DNA of 64,000 nt from Perna viridis (Eukaryota). The notes beneath the pieces are model-generated. The model saw only the letters and a list, made by a program, of their open reading frames with translations, searched no databases and had not been told where the DNA came from. Below are positions 12,436 to 27,323 of the stretch, piece by piece. The DNA lies in assembly GCA_037379345.1 (NCBI GenBank), contig CM074516.1:49761626-49825625 (forward strand). The letters are read 5' to 3'. Position 1 is the first letter of the stretch. The number at the start of each line of letters is the position of its first letter. Both the position numbers and the translations under genes were made by a program.

Positions 12436-13002
12436 ATTTCTCATAAAAAGTCAAGTCTGGGGTATACGAAACAGAAAAAAAACTATGACATGTTGAATAA
12501 ATCAGTTTTCATGGTGCAGATGGATACACCATAACGATCCACAACAAGTGTAAACAAAAGCCAGTCATTTTTTTTTTAATTATAGCATTTCAAAGTGTTT
12601 TAGATACTACCTGATGAAAATTAACATTGTATTGTGAATAGGAAACATATTTAAATCAGGTAAATCAGTTTCATGAAATTAGTATATGATTTTAGCATTT
12701 AGATTTTGACTGTCAAGTCTTCAACTTTGCATTTTAGCCATTGACCATTGTCATTTTGATTGGTTCAATAGATATTTACATCTGATTGACTTTACCTACT
12801 GAAATTTATTTGTTTGGTGACTAACAAGTAATTAAAAAAATTAATTGTGTATCCCTTAGGCTACATACAATCAATGTCACAATACCTTTGATAAGCTTCA
12901 GCAGTTTACCTGCCCCTTGTTTGACACCTTAAAAGTATGGTGTTTGAAAAATTATTGGCCAGCTTGGTTGAAAATGTTGGTTATTTCTGAAGATGATTCC
13001 TT

Positions 13003-13870
13003 ATATGACCTTTGATATACTACAAGGGGAAGTACAGGTAATCTTTATGACCTTTGACATACATGTTATCTATATGACCTTTGATATACTACAGGGGGTA
13101 ATACATGTAATCTATAGGACCTTTGATATACTACAGGGGGGTAATACATGTAATCTATATGACCTTTAATATACTACAGGGGTAATACATGTAATCTATA
13201 TGACCTTTGATATACTACAGGAGGTAATACATGTAATCTATATGACCTTTTATATACTACAGGGGTAATACATGTAATCTATATGACCTTCGATATACTA
13301 CAAGGGGAAATACATGTAATCTTTATTACCTTTGACATACATGATATCTATATGATCTTTGATATACTACAGGGGAAATGCATGAAATCAACATGACCTG
13401 TGATATATTACAGGAGAAAAACATGTAATCTATGACCTTTGATATATTACAGGGGCAATGCATGTAATCTATTTGAGTTTGATATACTACAGGGGTTATA
13501 CATGTGATCGATCTGACCATTCATATACATGTACTACAGGTGGAAATACATGTAATCTTTATGACCTTGACATACATGCTATCTATATGACCTTTGATAT
13601 ACTACAGGGGGTAATACATGTAATCTATATGACCTTTGATATACAAGCAGAAATACATGTAATCTATTCGACCATTGATGTACATGTACTACAGGTGGAA
13701 GTTCTTGTAATCTTGATGACCTTTCATATACATGCTATCTATATGACCTTTGATATACTACAAGCAGAAATACTTGTAATCTATATGACCTTTGATATAC
13801 TAGAACGGTTATACATGGAATCTATATGGCCTTTGATATACTATAGGGGAAATACATGTAATCTTTTGGT
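13003..13870. repeat. ~41-bp minisatellite, heterogeneous
   Basis: Unit ATATGACCTTTGATATACTACAGGGGTAATACATGTAATCT with short variants. Confidence 0.92.
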
Positions 13871-14772
13871 CATACCCCCAGAAATCTGATTAGTTAACTT
13901 TGTGATGGGTAGTATTTTGGGATATAAACCTATGGTATTCTCTTCAGTCACAATGAAAACAATGATAATTTTAAGGTAAATACCAATCTTTTCAACATAC
14001 CTGCCTTGCTGCCCACAATGAATTGTACTATGCAGACCATGTATGAAATGAATGCTCAGATGTATATTGAGTTATCTATAGTAAATTAGCGATGCAGTTT
14101 TACAGTAAAAGCAATAGTATGCAATATTTTTGAGATATGTAGTAAACTTCCTTTGACCGTGGAAAATGAACTTCCTCCAAATTGTTTTTTACTTATTTTT
14201 GAGGAAATGTGTGAAATCCATCACTGCTTTTTAAGTCATCAATCAAGGGTTAGAATCTCAAGGTCAAATTTTTATTCATTACTCATTGAGTTGACTCCTC
14301 AAATCATATCCTTTGAGGCAATTTTAGAAGTAGAAACTACACAAGGGTAATTAAATTAATGAATTAGTTCAAACTATAAGGACAACTGTAGTCAAAACAA
14401 AGATAGGAACACCAGAAAGACATCAGTTAAAGATAGGAACACCAGAAAGACATCAGTTAAAGAACATGTATCAAAAAGAAAGTATCTTTTCACATTATAT
14501 TTCATTAATAACTGGGAGTAGGTTCTTCTTCTTGTCCTCTGTCAGGATGCCCTTGTTCAGGGTCAAGTCTGGTGAATGAGGAGGATGATATGTGCTTTAG
14601 GTAGTCAGTTGTCAAGAAACAATCCATATTCCTCAAGCATGTCAGGGTGACAACAGTATGTTTTTTGTAGACTAGAAAATCTGTGTACTGGTTGAAGTTA
14701 GTAGCTAAACTGATGCAGTATATCTCAGTTGTAAGGAAAATGTGAAACTCATTTCAAAGCTATGGTTAAGGC

Positions 14773-14960
14773 TGTTTTTACAATGGAATGCAGAATGTGT
14801 TTACAATGGGATGCAGAATGTTTTTACAATGGAATGCAGAATGTGTTTACAATGGCATGCAGAATGTTTTTACAATAGAATGCAGAATGTGTTTACAATG
14901 CGATACAGAATGTTTTTACAATGGGATGCAGAATGTTTTTACAATGGGATGCAGAATGTT
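14773..14960. repeat. 23-bp minisatellite x~8
   Basis: TTTACAATGGAATGCAGAATGTG repeated. Confidence 0.92.
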
Positions 14961-17569
14961 GTAATATTTTTGCATATGAGTTATTTGACACAAAGAATCA
15001 GAAATGATTGATACCTTTTAACTGGCAAAACTAAAGTATTTCCTCTACCAATTGTTTGATGTACATTTCTACCTGGTAAAGATAAAATTATTTGTTATTC
15101 TGAGCTGTTCAACAAGGGTCAATAAATAATAAAGAATTTACAACTTCATATTAATATGGATATTGAATTGATCTGCTAAACAAACTGCTTTCCCTAGGAG
15201 ATATTCATATCAAGTTCCAATAAGTGGTCAAGCAATTTATTTTGATAAAAAATCTACCAATATTCTGTAATGTCCATTAGTTGGTGATTAGACTTGATTG
15301 AAATGCTTTTGTAATATCTATCATTATTCTAATACCTCTCATACCATACAAGGAAGAATTTTTTTCTAACCATATTGTAAGTGCTGGTTCATTGTACAGC
15401 AAGGCAGAAAAATTCAATATTGTGATGTGTTGGAGGTTGAGTGGTTATTGACACACTTTGTAGAGTAACAGGGAGAACCATAAAATTCTATTTTTATCTT
15501 GTTTACATCTGATGAGCATGTTACTTTATCTTGCAATGTTGATAGAACAGATAGGATATGGAACATGACTTGATACTGTAAGAACTTATTAGTGCTGATT
15601 ACAGGGGAAATGTTTGATTGAATTCCCAGCGACACACATTTATGACTTGGAGAGTTTTTACCACAATTCTATAGAATTGCTGTGTGTTATATACACTGAA
15701 TGGAGGATGTTGTTTAAAGTAGAATTACTAGATCTTATTTAAATGTTATATTGATTCTCAATTTGTGAAGTTATGGTAACAAGGCCACTTATATGTACAT
15801 TAATGAAATAGTAGGAATAACCTCTCAGAACTGATGTACAATTTTCTTTCCTGTAAATTTGATCCATATGCAGATTGGATCCATGATTGACGTGAACATG
15901 AGATTGATGTATTGGGCTAATTTACATTGTGAAGAAATTTAAATTGATTGAGTTTTGTGCAGGTTTTATAAGTGTTATAATGATGATATATTTACTGTAT
16001 GTCAGTTTAAAGTGTTCATTTCATTAGGACATAATGGGATGCACAAGGTAAGATTACCTTAGTTTCTTACACATGTATCCAGTTTAGTAAGTCCTTAATA
16101 TGTCTAATATAAATAGTTAATTTTAATACTATAAATGTGATTGTGAGCCGCCCAATTTTCATGTAAGGATATAATTCTTTTTTTCTGTTTATTTTGTAGT
16201 TACTATCATATGTGGCTTTTAATCATTCATCAGTTATGAACTTTTATACATTGTTTTATATATATGGACCTGGTAAAGTGATAATGAGAGAGGGAGAGGT
16301 AGGAGGTTGATATGCTTTACCATGTCCATATATGATATACTAAATAAATAAGTTCTTTGTTGTTATAAAAGAAATAAAGCTACATATAGCTCAGCTGATA
16401 CAACAAACATTCCCAACTGCAAAGAATATTCAATTCAACTTTTTAGACCAATTTTCTCCTGTTATCAAATACTGTTTGCTTTTACTATTTTAGTGCTGAA
16501 CACAATGAATATAGTTTAGTCAGCCTCTTTTTGCCTTCAGGCTATATCTCAGGGCAATAGTGTATTTCTTAGGGACAAAAGACCTTTTTTGGTGACACAC
16601 CCACTAAGTATACAATACAGTTGTGAAATTGGGTGTTTTGATGCACATTATATCACCTTTCTACCACAACCCATGGCTCTTGCTGTTTACTGTATTATTT
16701 ATTGCTGGATGATGTAGACCACAAAATCATGCAGCTCATTTAGTGCTGTAGTATTTCTTTTTTATCGTTGTGATGATATGATTTTTGTTATAGATCTGCT
16801 ATTCAGTATAAAATCAATTTTTTGTGTTTATCTTTGTGAGGACCATATGTTGTCCTGGTTTTACAGGAAACAAACATTTCCCTACTTAAATGTTCTTTTT
16901 GTCTTTTGCCACTCAGCAACAAAATTTTACAATTTGTCTGCTCAATATAAACTTTGGACTTCATTAAGCCATTTAAAAACTATCCCTCCTACAACTTGTA
17001 TGGGTTGATTTAAATATTTTTAATTAAACAGCATGTAAGTGGTTGTCTGGGATTCCTTTGAACAGATAAATTCAAACATCTTTAAGTCTTTATAGATATG
17101 TACTTATGATTAAAAAATCATGATCAGGTCAAGATTAGGATATTTTGGATGTATTCAAGGTGTATGCTTTTCCTGTGAGAAATAGTACCAGCTAACTTTA
17201 AACATTACAATATCTTATCAAAGTCATAGCTTCTCTTTGAAATGAAATACTTTATGATGCGTAAATGATTACAGCTTTGGAAGGAGATTGTACTTAAAGT
17301 GAAGTTTTGTAAGATTCATGTACTTTTTATTTACTCAACAATATTATACAATGTTTATGCCAACTGGTTTATAGACTAAGTAACATGTTCTCTTCAGATG
17401 AAAGAACAGTCGTCAATACAGTTACATAATATCAACACTGATGTATAGCCGCTCAAAAGGTTGATTTCTTTTCAATTGCAATTTTTCAACGTACAACTTT
17501 AAAATGAAATAATTTCAATATAAAAAGTACCCCAACTGAAAAAAAAGTATCAAATTCAATGATCTTTAC

Positions 17570-18480
17570 AAAACAATAGCTACCTGTACAGTGATCCTGA
17601 CCATGGGAAACAATAGCTATCAGTATGATGATCCTTACCATGCAAAACAAAAACTATCAGTATGATGATCCTTACCATGCAATACAGTAGCTATCAGATA
17701 AAGTTATCCTTACCTTGCAAAACAATAGTTATCAGTACGATGAACCTTACAGTGCAACACAATAGCTATCAGTATGATGAACCTTACAGTGCAACACAAT
17801 AGCTATCAGTACGACGATCCTTACCATTTAAAACAATAGCTGTCAGTACGATTATCCTTACTGTGCAATACAATAGCTATCAATCAGTACGATGATCCTT
17901 ACCGTGCAAAACAATAGCTGTCAGTACGATTATCCTTACTGTGCAATACAATAGCTATCAGTAAAGTGATCCTTACCGTGCAAAACAGTAGCTGTCAGTA
18001 CGATTATCCTTACCATGCAATACAATAGCCATCGGTAAAGTGATCCTTACCTTGCAAAAGAATAGCTAGCAGTACGATTATCCTTACCTGCAAAACAATA
18101 GCTGTCAGTATGATGATCCTTACCATGCAATACAATAATTGTCAGTAGAGTGATCCTTACCGTGCAAAACAATAGCTGTCAGTACGATAATCCTTACCAT
18201 GCAATACAATAGCTATCAGTAAAGTGATCCTTACCGTGCAAAACAGTAGCTATCAGTACAATAATCTGTACTGTGCAAAACGATAGCTATCAGTAAAGTG
18301 AGCCTTACTTGGCAGGACAGTAGCTATCAGTATGATGATCCTTTCTGTGCAAAACAATAGCTATCAGAACAATGATCCTTACTTTGCAAAACAATAGCTA
18401 TCAGTACAATTATCCTTACCATGCAATACAATAGGTATCAGTACAATGAACCTTACCGTGCAGAATAATAGTTATCAGTA
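17570..18480. repeat. 37-bp minisatellite x~24
   Basis: AAAACAATAGCTATCAGTACGATGATCCTTACCATGC repeated. Confidence 0.93.
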
Positions 18481-19680
18481 TAAGAAATAAGAATTTTTTT
18501 TCTTTTCTCACTTCATATTTAAGAAAATTTGACTAAATTTAAAATTGCATTATTTTTTTCATATTATGAGATTTCTTTTTTTCTGCTATTCAGGTTGAAA
18601 AAACTCATGAAGAGAAAAGGGGAAAACTGGATCCAAACAATTTAATATTTGGTGCTTTGACTGTGAAGTTCTAATGATTACACACAAAAACTAAGAAATC
18701 AGCTCTATCACACAAAATTTAAACTTGTCATGCATCTACAGTTGAACCTTTAAATAAAGAGTGTTAGGTTATAAATTAAAAATGTTGCATAACTAGCCCT
18801 TTCATGCATTAAACAATTTACCACATTCTCAAATTTTATCTACATAAATCTTTATTGGAATAGCTTTATAATGTACTTAGCAACCAAAAGGAGACAACTC
18901 CTGTTTCTGTAGCAAATCTAGGACAAAGTTATATATTTGACAAACAATTTTAATGATTTATTGATAAAATAAGCTGTCATTTGTTTTTTTTTACATCATA
19001 GATATTAACACCATCAGTGGCAGATCCAGACCCATGGCCCCAAATTTTTCCATAAAATATATGCATTATATTCATTTGTGTATATAATCAGTGCTGATAA
19101 CAAATTTGTATGATTACCATTGCTTTCTTAGTATGTTTTAATTGTTTTAACATAAAAAAATATAACATTTAAACAGTTTTTAGATTTAATGGGGCCCAGG
19201 TCAAAATTTTTCCTCTGTTTAGCACCGGAAATTAGTCCATACTATATATATTTGTAATCATGATTTTCTGTACATGTTTTTGGTAGGACATGTAGTTATA
19301 GTACTAAGAATTATGTGGAAATACTGTCGGTAATATCAGTTCATCTTCTTACTCTTGGCTTACATGCTTTAGGGGATTTTAAAAGTACTTTGTTCTCCAG
19401 TGTCAATGCCAGGCCAAATGACTCTAGAATTTTTATAACTATGACTTTTTATTTTTGATGTTGTTTTGAGAAAGTTTCAATTTCTTTGCTATGTGTGACT
19501 TAAATGGAGTTAGGTCTGTAACCAAGTGTTTTTTCTAATGGTAAGCTTTCTCTTCTACACTTGATAGTGTGCATATATATTGGTTTTGTATCCAGTCGGC
19601 CTGTTTTGATTGGTCCTTCACACACAATAAAGGTTGTAGAAAGATGGGTGGAACCAATAAACATCTAATCAAGCAAACCC

Positions 19681-20733
19681 TTTTTAGCTCAGCTTGCCTA
19701 AAAGGCTATGTTAGCTTTTCACCTCACTTGATGTCCGTCTTCATGTTCATCGTCATGGTCTGTGGTCTGTCATTAACTTTTCTTTTAAAATCTTCTCCTC
19801 TGAAACCACTGAACAGAATCTGATGAAACTTGATGACAATCATCCTTGGCATGTCATCTCCCAAAATTGTATCCATTATTATCCCTCCCAAGAACATGGT
19901 CACTGTTACTGAAAATAGAACATAGGGGTATCACAATATATATTTTTGTTAATATTGCAAAAATCATAACAGAAAGATGAAATCTAAGACATCTCAGGCT
20001 CTTCGGTGCAACAAGATCTACTTTCCCTGAAAATTTCAAGATAATCAATATACAAATTTTGGAGTTATTGCCCTTTTTTCTTAATTTTTTTGGGCAGTTC
20101 TTTGCCTGTTATTTAGAAAAAGAAAGCAGATTGATGATGAATGAAAATTGATAAAATGTTCAGTATTACAATATCTATTATTGGTGCAATATTAAATAAA
20201 TTTGTTGACCTTTTTTAGAGTTATGGCCCTTGAATGTGTCATTTTTATAAGTTTTTACCTACTTTTTTAAAAAATGAAAGCAGATTGATGATAACTGTAA
20301 ATTTCCGTAATAAAATGCTTAATATTTCAATATATATTTTTTGTGCAAATTTCAGAAATATTTGTTGACACTTCTTTGAATTATGGCCCCAGAAAGTGTT
20401 ATTTTGACCATTTTCCTTGTTTTTGCTTGTTAACAAACCATAGCAGATTGATGATTAATGTATATTTTAAAAATATTTATGTAAAAGTATTTAAAGATCT
20501 ATTATTGGGGCAAATTTGGAAAAAATCTGTTTATTGCATTTTTTAATGATTTTTTGCTAATTTAACGTAAGTAGAATGATGATTAATGTTTAAATGTCCA
20601 GTATCCTGACTAATATCATCTGTGCAAATTTGGTCAAAGGTATTGGACCTTTTATAGATTTTGCACATACTGGTATTCAACTTTTTAAAGCTATTAAACT
20701 AGGTGAGTGACTTAGGCTCTTGAGAGCCTCTTG
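19681..20733 (+). mobile_element. Helentron-associated non-autonomous element (HINE/pearl-like)
   Basis: Starts TTTTTAGCTCA(G)C and has a GTCCGTC-like microsatellite and degenerate internal ~150-bp repeats. The 3' end has a sub-TIR AGGTGAG, the hairpin AGGCTCT-TG-AGAGCCT (20714-20729) and CTTG. Confidence 0.75.
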
Positions 20734-21919
20734 ATGTAGATAGTTTAAATAAAACAAAAATAGAGCCAACTTACCTTCAAGCAAAGGGAAAAAAGTTCCA
20801 GCTATGCAAATCCTGGGTACAGATATCCGTTCACATCAGATATCATTCAAAATATAAAGTCTAGAATTATAAGAGTTCTAACAGTTCTAACAAATTGCAG
20901 GAAAATTTTAGTGTCATGAAAAATGAACAACAAACTGATGCAACTGACATCATTGCATGGATTAAAATAATTATTGCCTTTCCTATCTTAGAATGCTTTA
21001 ATAATACAGTCCAATATATATTTTTCATAGGTGGGGTCATGTTCTTGAACAAATGGAACAGTAAAGTTAACTGTATAAGTGCCCTGCGACTTTTCCAGAA
21101 TTTTGTCATGAATACACTTGTATTGTATGGAGAATAGAAGTGTACATTATGATTATTAGCAGTATTTGTTCCATATATTGATCCCGATGAGTGTTATTTT
21201 TTGTCCTTGCTTGGGAACTTCTGTGCTATTTGTGCGTTCTTCCGAACCTTTTTTGTTTTGACTGATAAATACCACTTGTGACCATTTGAAGGATGTGTTT
21301 GTTAATGTACACACATGTTGTTTAGTATTGTGCTCATCATCATATAGCATGATTGGTAGCCATGTTAGTGCCTTACAAAATTTGGTTTGACCCACCATTG
21401 CCTGTACTGATGTGATTGATTCCAACTTATTGCTTTTTGGGTTTTTGATCCTCCAGAATCAAAATACCTTATGTCGCCGGTCCATCACTGGAACTTCCCT
21501 ACTATTTCTGAAGACTACACAAAAATATAGTTCACATGTAATTTCTTTTATATCATTCAATACCTCCTTTAAAACCAGTTGAAATGTTTGTTGCATTTAT
21601 TCAGCTCAGTGATATTCTATTATTCTTCAAATGAAAAAAAGGTGTAGTCATCATATCAACTGGAAATTTGAGGGACTCCTTTTTGGCCTTGAAACATGTT
21701 TAGTAATAAATTTGCTTTCAGAGAATTTAGTTCTTGTGGTAATGTGTCCAGAAGTGTAAAATGTGTTAAGAATGTTTCATTTAACACACTTATTAGTCAA
21801 ATTTTCCATCCTGTCAGTAATATTTTACCATTTATGAACAGGAAGTGAAGAGCAGTGATTTTAACCAAGTAAAATTGGCGGGATAATTCAAATTGATAAA
21901 TATTTCCATTTTTTGAAAG

Positions 21920-22150
21920 AATAATCAAGGGAACCAAGGTTGTAGCAGTAATCAAAAGAATGTAATCCAGGGACAAAGACCAGACATGGAAAACAGACAT
22001 ACATAACAAAGAACATAAAGTAACTAAAATCATACATACATAGTAACAAAAGCATATGAGCAACTCGGACTCCACTAAAAACTGGGAGCATGGACCAGGT
22101 GCACCGGTAGGGTAAACGTCCTCTGCTTTTCTAGAAACACCCACCGAGTT
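21920..22150 (-). mobile_element. ~230-bp dispersed repeat (possibly Penelope-like-derived), copy B
   Basis: Co-linear with 12208-12435. The minus strand begins GGTGGGTGTTTCTAGAAAAGCAGAGGACGTTTACCCTACCGGTGCACCTGGTCCATGCTCCCAG. Confidence 0.75.
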
Positions 22151-22337
22151 GAAAATCTTATGTTCATCAAGGAAATTATTTTCTTAAGCTGAAATTGGTT
22201 TTATTTGATAATAATTACATTGTAGGATATACCTACCCTTAATATAGTTTTTGAATGTAAATGTACATTAACTTTTGGACAGCTTTAAAAATTTTTGAAA
22301 AAGTGAAATGGAACAAAATTTGTAAATGTGTGTGTGA

Positions 22338-22515
22338 GACTGGATCAGTAGTATGAACTGACAGTCATTTATACATATTGGGGAAAAGCAGTTCTTAATA
22401 ATATGTCACTTGCAAATGTATGATCTCAGTTTTATTTTCAGGTAATCTTTGAAATTTTGTTCATGCTACAATTTCACAAGATTCAAAAACCTCCAGTGCT
22501 AACAGCACTTTGATT
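22338..22515 (+). repeat. Dispersed repeat shared with ~37175-37333, ending in a small hairpin
   Basis: TGACAGTCA.TTTATACATATT...GTTCATGCT..AATTT(T)CACAAG...AAAACCTCCAGTGCTAA(C)AGCACTTTGATT occurs at both sites. Confidence 0.7.
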
Positions 22516-24253
22516 GCCTTTATGTTGACATTTGTTACAGGGTAGGAAACTCACTCAAATTCTAGCCAGTCCTGAATACAATTTTTCAATGTAATTACTA
22601 TATGGCTATATAAAATTAGCCAGCCCTGCCAAAAAAATAGCCAGTCATGGGCTGGCAGGCAGGCAGGCTACTATTTCTAACTGATTTGTTATATGGACAT
22701 TGCCTAAAGTATATCAGTTTTGGTCATTCCCATCTCACATGGGAGATGGGATAAATAATTGAAAGCTAAACATGGGGAACCAGTCACTTTACACAGGTAA
22801 CAGTCAAGGAAATAACGGTTGCTGATTAGACAAGTCACTTGTTTGGCTGAAATGAGGATGATAATTTGCTCTTGGCACGGGATGGCAGCTCTTAAACTAG
22901 GTAAACCAGAACAATAGAAAAACTAAGAAGACAGAAAAAAATTAATATTCTTAAGAGATGAATATTACTCAGAAAAACTTAGATAAACATAACTGTCTTT
23001 CATGTATTTAAAAATATTTTTGATGAATAAATATAGAAACATGTTACAGAAATATGCAGAATCTACCAAAAATATATGATACAGCTACATTTCATGCACT
23101 TTTCTCACTTCTCTTAAGTCATCCTTTACTGCTGCACAAATTTAACGAAACTTTACAAAAAAGGAAGTCTATATGAAGATGCCAATGAAAATCAACTTTT
23201 TCTCAATTCTCAAATATCATGAGAGTAAAATAATTAGACTTTAACGTTTTTGTCAATATTTCTCTTTGGCAGAAGTCCTCCTGTACCTCTTGGTCTAAAT
23301 GAAACTTTACTGAATTAAACGTCACTATATAATGACATGCATCAATAAATATGATTCCAACACAAATATATAATTAGAATTTAACAGTTTTATTCCACAG
23401 TTATCGTAAACATATCTCGTAAACCACTTCATGGATTTGAATGAAACTTTACACAAAGCAAAAAACATCATTTACAGATGTGTTTAAAGGAATATATTAA
23501 CTATCTTATTATCCCTTCAACAACAAAATTGCGATGGGATATAGTAATGCAACCAACCGCCCGTCCATAATATATTTGGGAACACTCTGCAATTAACGTA
23601 ATTCAACAGCTCCACACAGAAGAAGATGTTCGTTTTCTCTCTTACTAACGACTGTAACATGCCTTTCACAATTATCCGACATATTCCCAACCAAATATTG
23701 TTTTACAATTGAATAATGATGGACACTTTATAATGAATATAAATCTTGAACAAAAATAATAATTTAGATTTCCAATTGTCATATTTGTTGAGGTAAACAT
23801 TTGTATCTTCACACTGACACAATTAATCCAATATATCATTATATTAGTAAGCAACCTGTAAAGTTGAATTTTTGCTTTTAAATTACTACTTTCACTGGTT
23901 TGAATTTCGTTCACAAGAATACAGATTCTCATTGAGCAGTTATATTTGTGACTCCTACATTTATCCAAGTATCTATACCATAACTAAAGAAAAATGATCT
24001 ATCTTTTGTTACTGCTTCATTAATGCATGCATTTCTTCACTTTATCAATTTAATTTTGTTTTTTGACAACTATAATAACATTTACATCTTCAATTACATA
24101 GCAAGTATGTAACGAACAGAAATCTTGTCTCAATATAGTACAAGTCAATATACTAAGTATCTTAAACTACAATTAAAGTTAATAGACAGCTAGGAACAGC
24201 TATTACTTGGTTTATTATTATCCTTTATACAGATGCCATTGTTTACAAGTTTT

Positions 24254-24813
24254 AGTAGGATTCTATAAATTGTCTGACTCCAAGGATTTGTTTTTAGTAC
24301 AGTAGGATTCTATAAATTGTCTGACTCCAAGGATATGTTTTTAGTACAGTAGGATTCTATAAATTGTCTGACTCCAAGGATATGTTTTTAGTACAGTAGG
24401 ATTCTATAAATTGTCTGACTCCAAGGATATGTTTTTAGTACAGTAGGATTCTATAAATTGTCTGACTCCAAGGATATGTTTTTAGTACAGTAGGATTCTA
24501 TAAATTGTCTGACTCCAAGGATATGTTTTTAGTACTGTAGGATTCTATAAATTGTCTGACTCCAAGGATATGTTTTTAGTACAGTAGGATTCTATAAATT
24601 GTCTGACTCCAAGGATATGTTTTTAGTACAGTAGGATTCTATAAATTGTCTGACTCCAAGGATTTGTTTTTAGTACAGTAGGATTCTATAAATTGTCTGA
24701 CTCCAAGGATATGTTTTTAGTACAGTAGGATTCTATAAATTGTCTGACTCCAAGGATATGTTTTTAGTACAGTAGGATTCTATAAATTGTCTGACTCCAA
24801 GGATATGTTTTTA
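24254..24813. repeat. 47-bp near-perfect minisatellite x~12
   Basis: AGTAGGATTCTATAAATTGTCTGACTCCAAGGATATGTTTTTAGTAC repeated with only single-base variants. Confidence 0.96.
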
Positions 24814-26308
24814 TCAATTACATTTAATACACAACAAATAAGTTTAAAATAATCTAAGGGCATTACCCTGCTGCCTGTGTTATTAGGATAACCTTGAGAG
24901 AGTAATCAAGGGAACCAAGATTTTAGTGGAAATCAAAAGAATGTAATCCAGGAACAAATACCAGACACTGAGTTGAAGTTTTGGTAGTTTAATGCTCCCT
25001 GCCAAGTCTGTCTGTGCTTTATGGTTCATTGTAACATTTCCTGTTCTTATCTAGATCTGAGGCACTGTCTGTATAGTGCTACTAGTGATAATAAAAACCT
25101 CCTTACTATTGTGAACTAATACATAGAGATAACACATTGTACATTTAGCTCCTTTTTAATGGATTTGTATTAACTTAAACAAAAATATTTTCAGGAAATT
25201 TTGACTGATATATATAATAATAAGTTTTTAAGTATGTAAAGAGGCTTTCTGATACTTTAATTTTTTTTATATTTCTATTTGTGAATGGAAAAGCAGTTGA
25301 ATTTTTTGTATATTAACCTTGTGGTTGTATGATCTTACGGCAATGTCGTCATCGCCTGTAGACACTTGTATTCCTTACAATAACTTCAGTATTAATGAAT
25401 GAAGCTCTATTGTACCTTATTGTTTTAATGTCAAAAAAAGATAATTTTTTGGGGGGGGGCCATGTTGCTTTTGTCTTTTATACATTAGAAATAAGGAACC
25501 AAAGGGGAGAAAATAAACATCATCTTTATAAACTTTATATAAATTGCTAATTGAATTAGATTATAGTCATGAAGTATTGGAGATCATTGATTTTATTTAG
25601 AATTTTGAATTAGAACTCTTGTTATTTTAAATTACTGTAAATTTAACGAAATGTCCAAACCGGTTGATTTCATCTAAACTTATTTGTTTGGGTTCTTCAA
25701 TATATTTGAACTAATCGTCTATTTACCAGTAGAATTTTTTATTTTTGATCTTGTTGAAAATAAAAAAATGGTCAACCTGGAGTTCCAAAGGGTCCAAAGT
25801 CCAAACTTCCATGAAGTTTAAAAACAAATTTATATGTTTCTTGGATATTCTTTATCATAAGAATATATTTTGGTTTCAGATTTGTGTACACAAGGGACCC
25901 AAAATTTGTCAATACTAGTTTTAAACTTTGTTTGATTTCAACACTAAAATATAAAAACAAGCCAAATCTACTGCAGGTTTTTTACATGTTTTTTTTAAAT
26001 TTTTTTTAAATAATTTCAAGTTACTTTAAAATAGGACCAGTTTGATTTCAATAAAAGTACAGTTATCAGAGGTAAATTCTGCTTTTAACTGTGTTAATGA
26101 TGATATAATTCCTATTTATCATAAGGCCATTGGTTTTTTATTTTTAGTTTTACGAATCTGCCGACCCTAATTTATAGCAATTTGGAAAAAAAATAAAATG
26201 ACTTTCGTTTAATTTTTTCTTTCATTTTTTCCGACCGACTCGGTGCTTTGCTGTTTCAAAAAAAATAAAAGGTTAAAGGTGATTGGCTATATCTATTAAT
26301 AGTCTTAA

Positions 26309-26779
26309 GGTCTCAGTATTGTATTAATAGTCCCATAGACTTAAGCTTCTATATTGAAGTGTAAATTTTTAGGATTTTTTTAAAATATGTAAATTGATTC
26401 AATAAAACTTTCACTTCTTTAGCATTTTTAAGGACATGTGAAAAATAATTTCCTGCAAAGAAAATTTTATGAATCCACGAAGATCAGACAGAAAAGTAGT
26501 CTTGAACTATAAATAGCCAATTTCTCTACTTTCACTTTCATTTTGCACTCATCAAACCAACCTTTTCAGTGGAACATTTTTATGTCATTATGATAGATTT
26601 TCTTTTAAAAAAATTTGTCATCTTATATTGTGATGTTTGCTCTATTTCATAAGTCATTGTTCATATGTTTTGACATAACATTAGTTTGTAGAGAGGCAAA
26701 AAGAAAATGCACTATATTTTTGTAGCATCCATGTTTTGATGTACACCTGCTCAAGGATATGCAATGCAATACTGGTACC
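26309..26779. mobile_element. 471-bp Kolobok-like MITE or solo long direct repeat, copy 1
   Basis: TTAA on both flanks (26305-26308, 26780-26783). TIRs GGTCTCAGTATTGTATT / AATGCAATACTGGTACC. Confidence 0.78.
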
Positions 26780-27323
26780 TTAATCATTGTTGCGCTTGAA
26801 AGACATAGCAGTTTTTTTCGGTAAAAACCATGTTGTTCAAAGTTTGTTTGGAATACTTTGAAGGTACGAGGACACAATCAATTTCGTAGTGCATTTCAAC
26901 AGACCCATTTTGACACATAAAAAAATTCCACCGCTTCAAACTGAATGAAACTTTACCCATATGGAAATATGTATAAAAGCAAATTCCTATAACAGTGCCA
27001 GAAATATTCACCATCATTTTTTATTTTTAGCAACTTTGCTTCGGAGACCCCATAGACATGAAAACTGACCACTGCCAAATGTCCTAAATTTTGACCTTCC
27101 ATAGGACCAAATTACAACTTCCACATAAAATTACAGAATGAAAACAAAATCCTTTGTTAATTTGATCCTTGCCCTACATTTCTGCAGTAAATACTAAGCA
27201 ATAAAGTTTATGACAGCAAAGAAAAAAAAATCAGGAAGAAAATACACTAAAAAAAGGGAACTATATTTGTATACAACGAAAAGTCAAGGGGAATTAATTG
27301 TGATCTTGTACCTGAAGCAAAGA

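Noticed and set aside
12605-12625. Hammerhead core CTGATGA (also near 15509, 19820, 32809, 42703)
   Set aside because: I saw no flanking stem II / GAAA / stem III arrangement at these sites.
24254-24813. CRISPR-like regular array (and the other arrays)
   Set aside because: Pure head-to-tail repeats with no unique spacers, no cas genes, and a eukaryotic context.
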